DNA of 64,000 nucleotides. Source: an uncultured Bacilli bacterium (GTDB lineage Bacteria; Bacillota_I; Bacilli_A; RF39; UBA660). Numbering within the stretch: position 1 is the stretch's first letter; the number at the start of each line of letters is the position of its first letter. This document shows, piece by piece, positions 28,224 through 37,311 of the stretch. Under the pieces are notes generated by a model that worked only from the letters and a program-made list of their open reading frames with translations, made no database searches and was not told the origin of the DNA. The position numbers and the translations under genes were made by a program. The stretch lies in assembly GCA_934102355.1 (NCBI GenBank), contig CAKOSO010000001.1:299678-363677 (forward strand), written 5' to 3'.

Positions 28224-29426
28224 TTATAAACCTAGCACTTGAGCTTTTACTTTATCATATTCTTCTTGAGATATTGCACCAGCATCAAGAAGTTTTTTCA
28301 TTTCTAAAAGTTTAGCTGTTGGATCCTGTGTGGGTTGTTGAGAAGCTTGTTGTACTTGCTGTGCACCAAAATTAGGTTGATAAGAACTTTGAGCTGGTTG
28401 TTGTTGCATTCCGCCCATCATACCACTTGCAGCATTCATACCCATTCCCATGAAAGCCATTCCGGTTCCACCACCGTTTTCTCCGGCAGCTTGCATTCCT
28501 CTAGCAGCAGCTTGTTGCATAAATGAATTACCTCTAGCTCCAGATAAAGCATCAGCTTTTTTAACATCACTAAGTAATTTCTTAGTATCATCATCATATT
28601 CGATTGCTAAAATTGCAGTCTTAACAATTTCAAGCCCTCTTGAACTTTTCCATTGATATGCATCTTCAACAGCTTGAGCCATTGCAGCACCAAATCCAAG
28701 TTGATCTCCTTGAATTTTAGAAATTCTATTTCCTCTACTTGGATCATTTGTATAATTAGAGAAAGCAGCAGATAAAGTTCCAACCACTTCATTAAATAAT
28801 TGTGTACCAGCATCATTATCCATATCAGCAAAGTCAAATACTGGTGCTCCTGGTTGTAAATATTGACTTGGAACAAAATTTTTAACAAATAATAATGGAT
28901 CAACAATCTTCAAAGTATAAGTTCCTCTTGTAACAGCGCCAACTTGTGTTCCAAAATATGCATCATCCCAATATATTTCAGATTGAGTTCCAAATTTATT
29001 ATTTGGAATTTCTTTTAAATTAACATAAAACGCTAATTGTTGACTTCCAGGTTGTCCTCCAAATTTTACCTTTTCCCAAGTAGACTTAATTATTGGTCCT
29101 ATAATTCCATCTCCAGCAAATATAGATTGTGAATTAGGATCTTGAGAACTATAAATAAATCCCCCTGGTTCAACAATAATACCTGTTATAGCACCATCTT
29201 GTAATGTAATAAGTGCAGTTCCTTCTGGAACAATAATTTTACTACCATTAGATATAATATTATCATATCCCTTTGTATTTTCACCACGCCCAGTATTTTG
29301 ACTACTTGGAACAGCTTGAAATAAACCTGCTGTTGCTGGAACTCCTGGTCTTGGCATATAAAAGTCCTTCCATTGATCTGCAAAAGTACCACCAAGTGCT
29401 CCTGTAAATGCTTTAATAAATCCCAT
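28224..29426 (-). CDS. SPFH/Band-7-like protein of the COG4260 (YdjI / virion-core-like) type with C-terminal SHOCT domain
   Basis: N-terminus MGFIKAFTGALGGTFADQWKDF is typical of this family as I recall it. A Gly/Met/Gln-rich linker is present. C-terminus is KLLEMKKLLDAGAISQEEYDKVKAQVL (SHOCT). Confidence 0.75.
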   Translation of the reverse strand: MGFIKAFTGALGGTFADQWKDFYMPRPGVPATAGLFQAVPSSQNTGRGENTKGYDNIISNGSKIIVPEGTALITLQDGAITGIIVEPGGFIYSSQDPNSQSIFAGDGIIGPIIKSTWEKVKFGGQPGSQQLAFYVNLKEIPNNKFGTQSEIYWDDAYFGTQVGAVTRGTYTLKIVDPLLFVKNFVPSQYLQPGAPVFDFADMDNDAGTQLFNEVVGTLSAAFSNYTNDPSRGNRISKIQGDQLGFGAAMAQAVEDAYQWKSSRGLEIVKTAILAIEYDDDTKKLLSDVKKADALSGARGNSFMQQAAARGMQAAGENGGGTGMAFMGMGMNAASGMMGGMQQQPAQSSYQPNFGAQQVQQASQQPTQDPTAKLLEMKKLLDAGAISQEEYDKVKAQVLGL

Positions 29427-29600
29427 ATCATCTCTCCTTTTCTAATTTATTAAGCAGACAATAGTCTTTGCTACCATCTTATAAGAAAATTATAACATAT
29501 TTAAATAAAATAAGTAAAACATAAAGTAAAATAATACGTAAACACATTACATATTTATTTAAAAATATAAAAAAATTTATAAAAATCATTCATCAAATAA

Positions 29601-30452
29601 CTACAAAATATGCTCTATTCTTTTTAATAATTCATCTATAAATATTTTCTCATTAACTCTATTTATATAACTATAACTTTTTCCGATATCTTTTAATGAC
29701 ATTCCGCTAACATATACTTCCTTTTTATCTAATATTATATATCTATCATGAAATGGATTATCGCTTATAAATTCAATATTATCATATTGTAATTTATACT
29801 TTTTTATTAGTTCACCATTTATATTTTTAGATAACACAATTATCTTTCTATCTATATTTCTTAATCCATCTAATAATTCCTTATTTACATAATTATCAAC
29901 AACTATTATCTCATTATTTGACTCATTAAATATATCCAATAAAATACTATATGCATCATATATTTTTCCTTCATAAATAATAGAATTATGTCTGTTAGAG
30001 AATTTATCAAATGATTCCTCTAGCTTTAAAATCCTTTCTTCATGATTAACTAACATACTATTTTTATTTTCATTTGATAAATACTTTCGCATATAAATAA
30101 ATGCATCAATTATTTTCATGCTTATTATATCAGCTACACTAGTGTGAAGTATTGTAGCAAGCATCGCAACTCCCTGCTCTGTAAAAGCATAAGGTAATTT
30201 TCTCACACCACCATAATTATTTGAACTTGAAGTTTCAAACTGGGACTTCAAGTTAAAAAATTCTTCTTTTGTCAACTGAAAAACATATCTCTCAGGAAAT
30301 TTATTTATATGTCTTCTAACAGCTTGATTAATTGTTTTTGTTCCATTTTTACACTCATACAATCTAGCTAAATCCCTATCCAACATAACTTGTACTCCTC
30401 TTATCTCATATATCAAATTATTTATTTTTCCTTTTTCCTTTACCTCATTCAT
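29601..30452 (-). CDS. ORF6N domain protein with PLD-like degenerate C-terminal domain
   Basis: IRGVQVMLDRDLARLY....INQAVRRHINKFPERYVFQLT....LPYAFTEQGVAMLATIL matches ORF6N. The C-terminus carries FHDRYIILD-x6-SGMS. ATG 30452 follows an AAAGGAG RBS. The track extension to 30566 is rejected. Confidence 0.85.
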   Translation of the reverse strand: MNEVKEKGKINNLIYEIRGVQVMLDRDLARLYECKNGTKTINQAVRRHINKFPERYVFQLTKEEFFNLKSQFETSSSNNYGGVRKLPYAFTEQGVAMLATILHTSVADIISMKIIDAFIYMRKYLSNENKNSMLVNHEERILKLEESFDKFSNRHNSIIYEGKIYDAYSILLDIFNESNNEIIVVDNYVNKELLDGLRNIDRKIIVLSKNINGELIKKYKLQYDNIEFISDNPFHDRYIILDKKEVYVSGMSLKDIGKSYSYINRVNEKIFIDELLKRIEHIL

Positions 30453-30474
30453 ATTTTTTTCTCCTTTCAAAATA

Positions 30475-30505
30475 CAAAAAAGAGATATACAAAAAATATA
30501 TCTCC
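30475..30505 (-). terminator. intrinsic terminator/attenuator 23 nt upstream of ORF6N start
   Basis: Minus-strand GGAGATATA-TTTTTTG-TATATCTC followed by TTTTTT. Confidence 0.65.
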
Positions 30506-30682
30506 GCATGCATGCATATAAGATCAGTTGCTCAACCTCATAAACTCTAGTCGACCAAATTATCATAATAATCTTAGCAACTTAATTAATACAAATATAT
30601 TATATCAAATAAAAATACTACATACAACAATTACCACTTTTAAAAAATTATCTTTAATTAATATCAAAGTTACGAAACCTAT

Positions 30683-31861
30683 CTATTTGCGTTCTAAAAT
30701 GCTAACACATTCAACATGACTAGTTCTATAGAACATATTAACAGGTGTTATTTCTTTAACATAATATTTATTTTCTAATAACTCAATATCTCTTTTTAAT
30801 GTTTTAGGATTACAAGAAACATAAATAATTTTATTAGATTTCATTTCTAACAAATTATTTATAACATTCTTAGACAGCCCACTTCTAGGAGGGTCAACCA
30901 CTACAACATCATAACAATTATTAACTATTGTTTTAGAATCGCCTAAAAGAAATTCACAATTTTTAATACTATTTAATTTCTTATTTAAATTAGCGTTTTT
31001 AATACTAGATTCGTTTATTTCAACACCAAAAACACTTTTAAAGTTATCCTTAAGATAAATTCCAATTGTACCTGTACCACAATACAAATCAAGTAAAGAA
31101 TTACCACATGATGCATACTCTTTTACAACTTCATATAATTTAATCATCATACTAGTATTAACTTGAAAAAATGAATCCGGATAAATTGTAAACAAAATAC
31201 CATTTATATTTTCAGTAATATAAGGATTACCATAAATTAATTTATCATCTATATAAATAGAATCACAATACTTTTTAATTGAATCAATAAAAACATTTCC
31301 ATTAAATCTTGTCATTACCTCACCAGTAGTTTCTGAAACCCTAATTAAAACAGAAGAAACATTAGATAAATCTAGTTTATTAATATGATTTATCATATCA
31401 TTTATAATTGGATTAACTAAAGCACAATTATCTATAAAAACAACATCATGACTATCTTCTTCAAAATAAGCTAATCTATTATCTCTGACATGAAAAGTTA
31501 CCTTATTTCTATAATGAAGCAAATTAGAAGAAATAATTGGCTTTACATTATATTCATGAAACAATGATTTAATATAATTATATTTACATTCATTTTCAAA
31601 TTGAGAATCAACATGTAAAAAATTACAACCACCACATTCATAAAATTTATCACAAACTACTTTTTTTCTTTTTAAAGACGGTTTTAATACTTTTACTACC
31701 CTAGCTTTAACAAATCTTTTTTTTACATCAGCCACCAAAACCAATAACTCTTCCCCTTTTAAAGCGCCTTTTACGAATCCTACTAATCCATCTTTTTTAA
31801 AAACACCATTACCATTATCATCTTCATCAATTATAGAAACTTGTAACTCTTTATTTAACAT
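30683..31861 (-). CDS. 23S rRNA (uracil-5-)-methyltransferase RlmCD/RumA family
   Basis: N-terminal TRAM domain, Cys cluster CDKFYECGGCNFLH, and SAM motifs LDLYCGTGTIG and VVVDPPRSG. Confidence 0.85.
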   Translation of the reverse strand: MLNKELQVSIIDEDDNGNGVFKKDGLVGFVKGALKGEELLVLVADVKKRFVKARVVKVLKPSLKRKKVVCDKFYECGGCNFLHVDSQFENECKYNYIKSLFHEYNVKPIISSNLLHYRNKVTFHVRDNRLAYFEEDSHDVVFIDNCALVNPIINDMINHINKLDLSNVSSVLIRVSETTGEVMTRFNGNVFIDSIKKYCDSIYIDDKLIYGNPYITENINGILFTIYPDSFFQVNTSMMIKLYEVVKEYASCGNSLLDLYCGTGTIGIYLKDNFKSVFGVEINESSIKNANLNKKLNSIKNCEFLLGDSKTIVNNCYDVVVVDPPRSGLSKNVINNLLEMKSNKIIYVSCNPKTLKRDIELLENKYYVKEITPVNMFYRTSHVECVSILERK

Positions 31862-31896
31862 AAAAATCACCACTTGATATGATTATATCATTTTTC

Positions 31897-31925
31897 TTGA
31901 CTTTTAAGCATATTTTAATTATAAT
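31897..31925 (+). promoter_or_regulatory. sigma-A promoter of rpsD
   Basis: TTGACT (31897-902), 17 nt spacer, TATAAT (31920-25). Confidence 0.65.
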
Positions 31926-32086
31926 TATAAACGCATGTACATCTTAACAGCCTTATTTTATGGTTTTATAATGTGTTTATTGAAAGAGTAAGTAATTTGG
32001 CTGTAAAGTGAAAACTCAAAATAAACACCCTATAGAATTAGGAAATAAAAGTTATTTGTATATAGTTTAAAGAAAGGAGAAATTTT
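31926..32086 (+). promoter_or_regulatory. long rpsD 5' leader, candidate S4 autoregulatory element
   Basis: About 155 nt of untranslated leader with a long-range ACAGCC...GGCTGT pairing. S4 leaders are known in Bacillota. The structure has not been verified. Confidence 0.35.
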
Positions 32087-32689
32087 ATGTCAAGATACAC
32101 AGGTTCAAGCTATAAACAAGCTCGTCGTACAGGAATGTCTTTACTTGAAAATGGTAAAGAATTAGCAAGACGTCCATACGGTCCAGGACAACACGGACAA
32201 GATCGTAAAAGAAAACCTTCTAACTATAGTGATCAGTTAAAAGAAAAACAAAAAGTTAGATTCATGTATGGTTTAAATGAAAGACAATTCAAGAAAACTT
32301 TCAATGAAGCTGGAAAAATGGAAGGTATTCACGGTGAAAACTTCCTAAAATTACTAGAATCAAGACTTGATAACTTAGTATATAGATTAGGTTTTGCTCA
32401 AACTCGTCGTGCTGCAAGACAACTTGTTAATCACGGACACATCACTGTTAATGGAAAGAAAGTAGATATTCCATCATACAAAGTTAAACCAGGATCAACA
32501 ATAGCACTTAAAGAAGAATCAAAAGATCACAAAGCTGCTCTAGATTCATTACAAAAAGTGTTAAAAAGAGTTGAATTCGTATCATTTGATGATTCAAAGA
32601 AAGTTGGTACATTTGTAAGACTTCCTGAAAGAAGCGAACTTAACCCAGAAATTAATGAATCATTAATCGTTGAATTCTATAACAGATAA
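32087..32689 (+). CDS. rpsD: 30S ribosomal protein S4
   Basis: [14 protein letters not shown]..., S4 domain [25 protein letters not shown]. Confidence 0.97.
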   Translation: MSRYTGSSYKQARRTGMSLLENGKELARRPYGPGQHGQDRKRKPSNYSDQLKEKQKVRFMYGLNERQFKKTFNEAGKMEGIHGENFLKLLESRLDNLVYRLGFAQTRRAARQLVNHGHITVNGKKVDIPSYKVKPGSTIALKEESKDHKAALDSLQKVLKRVEFVSFDDSKKVGTFVRLPERSELNPEINESLIVEFYNR

Positions 32690-32700
32690 TATTAAAAACA

Positions 32701-32730
32701 AAAAACTTTCATTTTTTGAAAGTTTTTTTA
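32701..32730 (+). terminator. intrinsic terminator of rpsD (overlaps 3' end of convergent gene)
   Basis: AAAAACTTTCA-TTTTT-TGAAAGTTTTT followed by a T-run. Confidence 0.7.
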
Positions 32731-33266
32731 TTTATAAGAGACACTGGTGTTTTAATAACAATCTTAAAATCATTTAAAAAGCTTAAATTATTATAATAAA
32801 CAACATCATACTCTAAAATCTGTTTATGCGTAAGATTTCTGCCACCACTTACCTGAGCAAGACCAGTCATACCAGGTTTTACAAAATACCTCTCATCAGG
32901 TATTTTTATATCTGGTAAATTATCATTTGGAATAAAAGGACGAGGTCCAACCAACGCCATATCACCTTTTATTACGTTAATAAGTTGTGGAAGTTCATTT
33001 AATCTTAAACGATCAATAATATAACTTACCTTAGTATATTGACTACCATCAGTAACATACTCTTTACCTAATACTTTAGTTCTAAACTTATACATTACAA
33101 AAGGTTTTTTATTTTTGCCCTCTCTTAGCCTTATAGTATTATGAAGAGGAAAACCTAAATCTATAAACGTAATTATTCCAACAATTAAAATAAGTGGAGA
33201 TAACAATATTAGAAGTATTATAGCAATAATAGTATCAATTATTTGCTTAATATATTTTTTATACAC
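32709..33266 (-). CDS. small monotopic phosphoglycosyl transferase (bacterial sugar transferase, PglC/EpsL-like)
   Basis: One N-terminal membrane helix and the motifs LNELPQLINVIKGDMALVGPRP and PGMTGLAQV. Confidence 0.85.
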   Translation of the reverse strand: MYKKYIKQIIDTIIAIILLILLSPLILIVGIITFIDLGFPLHNTIRLREGKNKKPFVMYKFRTKVLGKEYVTDGSQYTKVSYIIDRLRLNELPQLINVIKGDMALVGPRPFIPNDNLPDIKIPDERYFVKPGMTGLAQVSGGRNLTHKQILEYDVVYYNNLSFLNDFKIVIKTPVSLINKKTFKK

Positions 33267-33279
33267 TACACCACCTCTT

Positions 33280-35199
33280 TTATTTTTTATAATTATCTTC
33301 TAAAGAAAATTCAACATTTTCTTCAATCCATTCCTTTCTAGGTTCAACCTTATCACCCATAAGTACAGAAACACGTTTTTCAGCAAGAGAAGCATCCTCA
33401 ATAGTAACCCTAATAAGAGTACGAGTTTCAGGATTCATAGTAGTTTCCCAAAGTTGATCAGCATTCATCTCACCTAATCCTTTATATCTTTGAACTTCAT
33501 ACTTTTTACCTTCAGTTTTTTCTCTTAATTCTTCATTTGAATAAGCATATTCAATTTTTTTATTCGAAAAAGTTATCTTATACAAAGGTGGAATTGCTAT
33601 ATAAAGTTTTCCAGCATCAACAAGTGGACGCATAAATCTATAAAAGAATGTAATCAAAAGACATTGAATATGAGCACCATCATCATCAGCATCGGTCATT
33701 ATTATAACTTTATCATATTGAATATCATCAGGATCAAAATCAGAACCAGACCCAGCACCAATTGTATGAATCATTGTATTTAGTTCTTCATTCTTTAAAA
33801 TCTCTTGACTACTAGCCTTTTCTGTATTTAAAACTTTACCTCTTAATGGAAGTATAGCTTGAAATCTTCTATCTCTACCTTGCTTTGCAGAACCACCAGC
33901 AGAATCACCTTCTACTAAAAATAGTTCATTTTTACTTTTATCTTTACCGCTTGCTGGAGTAAGTTTTGCAGATAAAGACTTATCCTTAGCATTTTTATTC
34001 TTACCTTTTCTTATATCTTCTCTAGCTTTACGAGCAGCTTCACGAGCTAATTTACTCTTTAATGACTTTTCTATTATATCAGTAGCAACCTTCTTATTTT
34101 CTTCTAAAAATGTTGATAACTTATCTGCCACTATAGAATCAACAACTTGTCTTGCAACAGGACTTCCAAGTTTAGCCTTTGTTTGACCTTCAAACTCAAG
34201 TAATGCTTCTGGAATCTTAACAGAAATTATTGCAGTTAAACCCTCTCTAACATCTGAACCCTCAAAAGCCTTATCTTTATTTTTAAAGAAACCATTATTT
34301 TTTGCATAATCATTAAATACTCTAGTTAAAGCAGTTTTAAAACCAACCTCATGGGTACCACCATCAGTTGTCTTTACATTATTTACAAAAGAAATAATAT
34401 TTTCATTATAAGAATCAGTATACTGTAAGGCTATATCAACATCTATATCATTCTTCTTGCCTGTAAAGTTAAATACCTTATGTAATGGTGTTTTGTTTTC
34501 ATTAATCATTTCTACGAACGAACATAACCCATTTTCATAACAATATTTTTCACTTCTACCATCTTCTAAATCATTGACTTCGATTGTAAGGCCACTTATT
34601 AAAAAAGCAGATTCTTGCATTCTCTCAGCAATAGTAGTAAAAGAAAAATTAGTAGTAGAAAAGATCTGATCATCCGGTAAAAATCTAACCGTAGTACCTG
34701 TTTTATTCGTAGTACCAATTTTCTTTAATGGTACCTCAACATGTCCACCATTAGAAAATTTAATATAATATTCATATCCACCAGTTTTTATATTTACTTC
34801 AAGCCACTTTGATAAAGCATTAACAACACTTGCACCTACTCCATGAAGACCACCAGATACCTTATATCCACTAGTTTCAAATTTACCACCAGCATGAAGT
34901 ACAGTAAATATTACCTCAGGAGTACTCTTTCCACTTTGATGCATACCACAAGGAAGCCCACGTCCATGATCTTCAACAGAAATGCTTTTATCTTCATGTA
35001 AAGTAACTTTTATATAATCACCAAAACCATTAATAGCTTCATCTATAGAGTTATCAACAATTTCCCATATTAAATGGTGTAAACCTCTCTTATCAGTAGA
35101 TCCTATATACATACCAGGTCTTTTTCTTACTGCATCAAGACCTTCCAAAATCTTTATACTATCATCATTATATTGAAGTGCCATTACCATCATCTCCAT
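33280..35199 (-). CDS. parE: DNA topoisomerase IV subunit B
   Basis: GHKL ATPase and Toprim (EGDSAGG) domains. ParE-type features are SAKLTPASGKD (GyrB has KLADC), DADDDGAHIQ and RVSVLMGDKVEPRKEWIE. The exact start among MEMMVM is uncertain. Confidence 0.8.
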   Translation of the reverse strand: MEMMVMALQYNDDSIKILEGLDAVRKRPGMYIGSTDKRGLHHLIWEIVDNSIDEAINGFGDYIKVTLHEDKSISVEDHGRGLPCGMHQSGKSTPEVIFTVLHAGGKFETSGYKVSGGLHGVGASVVNALSKWLEVNIKTGGYEYYIKFSNGGHVEVPLKKIGTTNKTGTTVRFLPDDQIFSTTNFSFTTIAERMQESAFLISGLTIEVNDLEDGRSEKYCYENGLCSFVEMINENKTPLHKVFNFTGKKNDIDVDIALQYTDSYNENIISFVNNVKTTDGGTHEVGFKTALTRVFNDYAKNNGFFKNKDKAFEGSDVREGLTAIISVKIPEALLEFEGQTKAKLGSPVARQVVDSIVADKLSTFLEENKKVATDIIEKSLKSKLAREAARKAREDIRKGKNKNAKDKSLSAKLTPASGKDKSKNELFLVEGDSAGGSAKQGRDRRFQAILPLRGKVLNTEKASSQEILKNEELNTMIHTIGAGSGSDFDPDDIQYDKVIIMTDADDDGAHIQCLLITFFYRFMRPLVDAGKLYIAIPPLYKITFSNKKIEYAYSNEELREKTEGKKYEVQRYKGLGEMNADQLWETTMNPETRTLIRVTIEDASLAEKRVSVLMGDKVEPRKEWIEENVEFSLEDNYKK

Positions 35200-35216
35200 T
35201 AATAGTATAACATTTA

Positions 35217-35250
35217 AAAAATGTAAAATAAAGAATTTTACATTTTTTTA
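35217..35250 (-). terminator. intrinsic terminator of rmuC
   Basis: AAAAATGTAAAA-loop-TTTTACATTTTT followed by a T-run on the minus strand. Confidence 0.7.
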
Positions 35251-35259
35251 GACACTATA

Positions 35260-36315
35260 TTATTCATTATAATCAATTTGTTCAATATCTACTTTACTAA
35301 TAGAATCAAACCTTTTAGTAATTTTTTCAGTAGTAGTGTGAATATCATTTACATCACGACTTACAGTATCAATACTGCGAGATAACTTATCCCATCTTTC
35401 TTTATATCTAGAAAATTCAATACCAAGTTTATTTAACTCTTCGTGTATAACAGAAGTATATTTATCCCTCTCAATATTTTTAATGATCATCTCAATAACT
35501 GTAAGTGTTGAAATAAGTGTTGTAGGAGAAGTAATCCATACCTTTCTTTTATATGCATAATCTATAATATCTTGATGATAAGCATTTATCTCAGCAAAAA
35601 TAGCTTCAGCTGGTATAAACATAATTGCTTGATCAGAAGTAAATCCATCAATAATATACTTATTAGCAATTGCATCAATATGCTTTTTAACATCACTCTT
35701 AAAAGCTTTTTCATAACTGCTTCTTAATTCTACTGGTGTTTTTTTATCAACAAGCATTCTATAATTTTCTAAAGGAAACTTAGAATCTATAGCTATCGTA
35801 CCTAAAGGTTCCGGTGCAAATAAAATTGAATCAGCTATTGTATCATTTGGCATCTTATATTGAAGTCTAAAAATCTTGTCATTAACTTCTCCAAATACAG
35901 AAGTTAAAATATGTTTTAAATTAACCTCCCCAAAAATACCACGAGTTTTCTTATCTGTTAAAATACCTTGCAATGATACTATATCACCAGATAATACATC
36001 TATTTTCTTCTGAGCTTCATCAATTTTAGCAAGACGTTCTAAAACAGAATTAAATGTCTTATTTGTTTTCTCAAAATTCTGATCGATTCTTTCATTAACC
36101 TTCTCATTTATCATAATAAGTCTGTTATCAACTTTAGAAGATAATTCATTAAAATCTTTATTTAAAGAATTATTAAAATTATTTAAATCTTTAGTTAAAC
36201 TAACCTCAAGCTTTGAAATCCTTTCTACCATATCTTTATCATTATTGCCTCTTACTATAGAAATAATAACAAGTACTAAAACTACAACCAATAACCCAAC
36301 AATTAAATACTCCAT
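35260..36315 (-). CDS. rmuC: DNA recombination protein RmuC
   Basis: N-terminal TM segment, a long coiled coil, and a C-terminal RmuC nuclease-like region (MFIPAEAIF.., VWITSPTTL). Confidence 0.85.
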   Translation of the reverse strand: MEYLIVGLLVVVLVLVIISIVRGNNDKDMVERISKLEVSLTKDLNNFNNSLNKDFNELSSKVDNRLIMINEKVNERIDQNFEKTNKTFNSVLERLAKIDEAQKKIDVLSGDIVSLQGILTDKKTRGIFGEVNLKHILTSVFGEVNDKIFRLQYKMPNDTIADSILFAPEPLGTIAIDSKFPLENYRMLVDKKTPVELRSSYEKAFKSDVKKHIDAIANKYIIDGFTSDQAIMFIPAEAIFAEINAYHQDIIDYAYKRKVWITSPTTLISTLTVIEMIIKNIERDKYTSVIHEELNKLGIEFSRYKERWDKLSRSIDTVSRDVNDIHTTTEKITKRFDSISKVDIEQIDYNE

Positions 36316-36316
36316 A

Positions 36317-36904
36317 CTAATCCTCCAACTTAAATACTTTTTCTACTATTTTACTTACAACATATGCAATAACAAGCATTATAACAATTTGTATCAAAAT
36401 TTTAGGTGATTTAACACTTTCTAATAGACTTTTACCTATATAACCCCAAAAATAAGTAACTGATATTTTACTAATAACAAGTGCCAATAAATATTTTTTA
36501 GGATCCATATCAGATAACCCTCCACCAACATTTAAAAGAGATGTTGGTAAAAATGGAATAGCAAGCACAACAACTAAAGCATTAAAATCAAAATGTGTGA
36601 CTTTATATATTGCCTTATCAATCTTATCTTTTTTCTTTCTTTTACCTATCCATTTATCAAAATGCTTTTTAATAACATACCTAAAAAACAAGAAAACACA
36701 AAACGTACCACAAACAGTTGCAACATAAGAAAGTGTATAACCAACAAAATTTCCAAATGCTAAAATATTAAGTCCCACAAATAAACTAAATGGCAAAACA
36801 GGGATCATTGATTCTAGAAATATAATTAAAAATCCCCCTATTAAACCAAAAGATGACAACCAATTAGTTAAAGAATTAATTAAATTTGCTACAAACTCCA
36901 TCAT
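36317..36904 (-). CDS. TVP38/TMEM64 (DedA-related, VTT domain) membrane protein
   Basis: Multi-TM protein with the pattern ..ESMIPVLPFSLF.. and ..PFLPTSLLNVGGGLS.. Confidence 0.75.
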   Translation of the reverse strand: MMEFVANLINSLTNWLSSFGLIGGFLIIFLESMIPVLPFSLFVGLNILAFGNFVGYTLSYVATVCGTFCVFLFFRYVIKKHFDKWIGKRKKKDKIDKAIYKVTHFDFNALVVVLAIPFLPTSLLNVGGGLSDMDPKKYLLALVISKISVTYFWGYIGKSLLESVKSPKILIQIVIMLVIAYVVSKIVEKVFKLED

Positions 36905-36966
36905 AACTAATCACCAATACTAGTATATATTATAAAGCGAATAAAAACAATCAAACATTAATTAAT

Positions 36967-37272
36967 TTATGAATTTAAAAAGCCACTATATCCTCCAATA
37001 ACATTAACAACTTTATACCCCATATTACTTAAATAATTGCAAACTTTAGCACTACTAAATCCATAACTACAATATATATAATATGTATCTTCATGATTAA
37101 ATAGACTTTTATAATTGGAATAAATCATATTTACTGGTATATTCTTACTAGTTGGAACATTTCCTAATTTGTATAAATAACTTTCCCTAACATCAATAAT
37201 ATTTACAAGACCTATTAAACCCTTTAGCTTTTTACCATCTATACTAGAATACATATAAAACACCCCTAGCAT
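36967..37272 (-). CDS. rhodanese-like single-domain protein
   Basis: IIDVRE....G.VP.S.NIP and the active-site loop YCSYGFSS. The start may be the internal Met at 37254. Confidence 0.75.
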   Translation of the reverse strand: MLGVFYMYSSIDGKKLKGLIGLVNIIDVRESYLYKLGNVPTSKNIPVNMIYSNYKSLFNHEDTYYIYCSYGFSSAKVCNYLSNMGYKVVNVIGGYSGFLNS

Positions 37273-37311
37273 AGAATATGAAAAAAAATAAAAAGTAAAG
37301 ATTTAAAATAC

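Noticed and set aside
28335-29431. Four track ORFs (28335-28526 +, 28450-28656 +, 28607-28906 -, 29186-29431 -) inside or out of frame with the SPFH-SHOCT gene.
   Set aside because: They overlap a well-supported gene and have low-complexity Leu/Ser/His-rich products. They arise because this gene is locally GC-richer and lacks stop codons in the other frames.
30453-30566. 38-codon N-terminal extension of the ORF6N gene in the ORF track (MIIWSTRVYEV...).
   Set aside because: The extension is Cys/Phe/Ile-rich and runs through a terminator hairpin. The internal ATG at 30452 has a strong AAAGGAG RBS, and the ORF6N domain starts right after it.
33280-35199. Could be gyrB rather than parE. No parC or gyrA is adjacent.
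   Set aside because: The ParE-type signatures (KLTPASGKD, DADDDGAHIQ, RVSVLMGDKVEPRKEWIE) favour ParE. Lack of an adjacent parC is noted but is not unusual enough to report.
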